Both the position numbers and the translations under genes were made by a program. The notes under the pieces were generated by a model. It saw only the letters and a list, made by a program, of their open reading frames with translations. It was not told the DNA's origin and made no database searches. A stretch of 64,000 nt of DNA from Mycobacteriales bacterium (GTDB lineage Bacteria > Actinomycetota > Actinomycetes > Mycobacteriales > Nakamurellaceae): NCBI GenBank assembly GCA_038322925.1, contig JBBQGJ010000002.1, forward strand, positions 3,544 through 67,543, written 5' to 3'. Below, piece by piece: positions 63,401 to 64,000 of this stretch. Every line of letters starts with the position of its first letter. Position 1 is the stretch's first letter.

Positions 63401-64000
63401 GTCGCCAACCCGCCGTCGTTGGTCACGGTCATCGACGCGGTTCCGCTGCCGCCGCCTGCCGTCAGAGCCGCTGGGTTGATCGACACCAGCCTGAGGTTGC
63501 CCGCGGCCGTGAGTGCCAGCGGCTGGCCGAAGCCGTCGGAAATGCCAACCCGCCGCCCACCTGCATCGGTGACGCTGAGCGGCAATGCATCGATGACCGG
63601 AAGCGCGGGGATACGCAGGGTCAGTCCGCCCAGTTGCGACGATCCGTCGATCGGGCTGACATCACAGGAAAGCTGCTGGGTCAGCGCATTGCCGACAGGC
63701 CGGCAGGAATCGGGGCGGTCGCTGAATGTGCTGGTCCCGCCGAGCGAGAAGGTCAGCGGACCCGGGTTGGCGATCCCGCGAACACTGCTGATCTGCAGGT
63801 TGAGCGTGGTCACGGAGGGCCGCAGGTAGGGGCTGTCGGGCGAAGCGACAACCGCGATGTACGGGCTGAGGACGGTGAGTCCGGCGGGCTGCGTCCTCCC
63901 GGCGATGGTCACCGTCATCCCGGTCCCGCCCGCGCCCGGGTCGGCGGCCAACGTGAAGGTGACGGTCGTCGCCGTTCCGGGGTCGACCGGTGGCAGCAGG
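57469..64000 (-). CDS. giant repetitive Ig-like extracellular protein (partial; N-terminus beyond the window)
   Basis: >2160 aa; about nine ~230-aa A/B modules (A: TNxGG..P.GV..C..C.LP; B: DPGP..C..C..GPLPL..DAGGR). Confidence 0.8.
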   Translation of the reverse strand, partial: LLPPVDPGTATTVTFTLAADPGAGGTGMTVTIAGRTQPAGLTVLSPYIAVVASPDSPYLRPSVTTLNLQISSVRGIANPGPLTFSLGGTSTFSDRPDSCRPVGNALTQQLSCDVSPIDGSSQLGGLTLRIPALPVIDALPLSVTDAGGRRVGISDGFGQPLALTAAGNLRLVSINPAALTAGGGSGTASMTVTNDGGLATTPTAIRTRFTVGSDPTDTVAVTGIQIDGADCNPAEKTCELPPLDPDASRTITFELSAQSSAPAAVTFTVDIGGDIGGTTGSATIPIASGIAGLAVSPPGPYNAPSKTSMTITLMLKPDVTHPGPVTLTLPDSRSSFIAAPPNCDPVDDNGSAQVTCRISVEDRTIAGLGLSITAVQPEGPLPLTVTDAGNRTVSLDDSPGLPIQVVPGPADVSLAIQQSTALPAGGTGPISVTAENRGGRPTGEGPIHYSFPAGVTVTRIDVDGGACATLEQDACVLPPVGPLQSRTVTFQLAALPTAQSDRQGAFTIAGQHAPFTLSVATGIAGLAASPDSPYFAPSTTAMDIAVTTAPGVPDPGELTFTLTADQFTFEGSPAGCTASATDATHEITCPGSSITGLTVKIPRVQEAGPLPLRVTDAGGRNITDLLRDSADSELKVEAGPPKLAITALQAESLRTGGTGSASFIVSNDGGLSSPPTDIDITTPTGVEITSVLTAGTSCLPAPGSPCQLPPVDPESKATVTVNLTALPSSRGGQLVVRIGEASASADLVVTSGVTGVAVSPNGPYLAPSTVALALQVGHHGVTDPGPLTLTLTGGVRFTALPGACSLDAVGNQIVPPTQQVRCDGDSVDGLEMSIDENQPGGPLPLVVTDAAGNQIDDVRDGDGQPLEVVPAAPAHLALSPIPPLTFTAGTTRTVTAIVTNDGGRPSDPTPITWSTTTGITITSITVGGAPCALGDCSLPSLAAGQHTTVLVAVDVPPTAHDGDFTVSAGGEPTTASVKVKSGVAALQAGPDGPYVIGQASVVTIKATPASGVGTLGAFTLQPTDPGLRLGPAPAGCQPEGPGGLRCAGPVITDLPLDVSATAQSGPLPLLATDAGGRPLEMTDDQGRDLAIVQPGPAVLEVTAPALTDPAYAGGTSVMTLQVANGGQRASEPSPIVVDTPHGVSVSTVAVRGADPCEPSATSPCMLPVILAGHSVDVTVDLSLDPDAQDGSLQVTTGRAAQVVQLVVLPGVSALRGAPDDPLPTGATSVLQVSANTQEGVADPGPITFPLVSGGVSIVGYPTNCLPRTTDQGTVIDCAGPVITGLGVYVGPKVPVGPLPLASDLAGNRTMAITDSNGVPLRVGPPLPPGHLTLSAPQVTGQPTAGGTGTLTLTATNSGGQPSTPLPFTVTTPAGVTVSSIQVAGQPSCTPTAQQQCVLPPIDPTRSADITVTLAVLPTAQNGPLTLSVEDTHDGSVSTDLAIGPGVSLLVATPATVLPAGATSTLRMEASLRPGVTDPGPITFPLQDDGVYVNGYPPNCRSTGAAIECSGPHIDGLALFVSRDHQLGALPLQARFAGGQTLAIADSEGRLVQVGAPVPPAHLALSGLQPGEPTIAGGAGTVAFTATNDGGETSQPTPITVTTPPGVAVARIDLAGIDPAIDPAAASCAPSDRIQCRLPAITAGQSVQLTVALTAKTQAEDGPLTVAAGGATASLKPLVVHSGMSSIVGTPGGPFTQDSTTALTLTTQPAVATPGAITLTLGRGDVSFGNVPEGCAGNTDQVGQSGAAQAVGNRSGDDHATRQITCAGPVIAGLPLIVGEHQPAGPLPLTATDAGHRDVPLTDQEGQRLTIAAHTPARLEPGITQVTDPLFIGGPGDVTKTVHNAGDPPAALGWQVTDVSAPLRAGGSASATVAVTNTGGQPAPPRTVLVTPPAGMGISAITAGDGGLCFTPGQTCTLPPIAPGATTTVTAAVTAAPDAHDGSLELTSGDQRLDVPLIVEGGVQAVTAESQDPLDSLVSGSVARLQVAVAAYQGVTDLGRYLLELRTDQAWFSGYPASCQLPTGQAAHPTGLTCTGVTVDGLQLTLAGDQPSGSLPLVVVDAGGRSLPVTDASGAPLMVVEPSPATAQTQTQTHGPVTTPPPASPPSTSRPAAAIAATPPELASVAPLSGAEPSTAPTAGNTPGTTSTPAAGPSSPARSAAATSAATARTRATRGIR

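Overview
High-GC actinobacterial chromosome segment (phylum inferred from gene content: SsgA-like protein, DosR/DosS-like pair, accA3-maf-accE-accD5-birA). The conserved backbone lpdA-glpD...accA3-maf-accE-accD5-birA...PH-domain gene...RR/HK-gtrA is interrupted by accessory blocks. The largest (~17.95-44.2 kb, no integrase or tRNA seen) holds gene remnants, an SsgA-like gene, and a ~13 kb surface-glycan operon (GT4, Wzx-like flippase, polyprenol-P GT2, giant GT-C-like membrane protein, pyruvyltransferase, two EEP phosphoesterases) with an embedded sigma-less partner-switching module. Next to it sits a phosphorelay: a secreted PruR-like (putative pterin-binding) protein translationally coupled to a hybrid kinase, plus an Hpt protein and an OmpR-type regulator. 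A shared CCTTGA-N4-ATCTTGAC direct-repeat motif links the glycan and signalling promoter regions, and two perfect DosR-type palindromes also lie in the block. This candidate pterin-sensing, glycan-controlling circuit is the most interesting system here. The window ends inside a >2160-aa repetitive Ig-like protein. All calls come from motif recognition by eye; no searches were run and several start codons are estimates.
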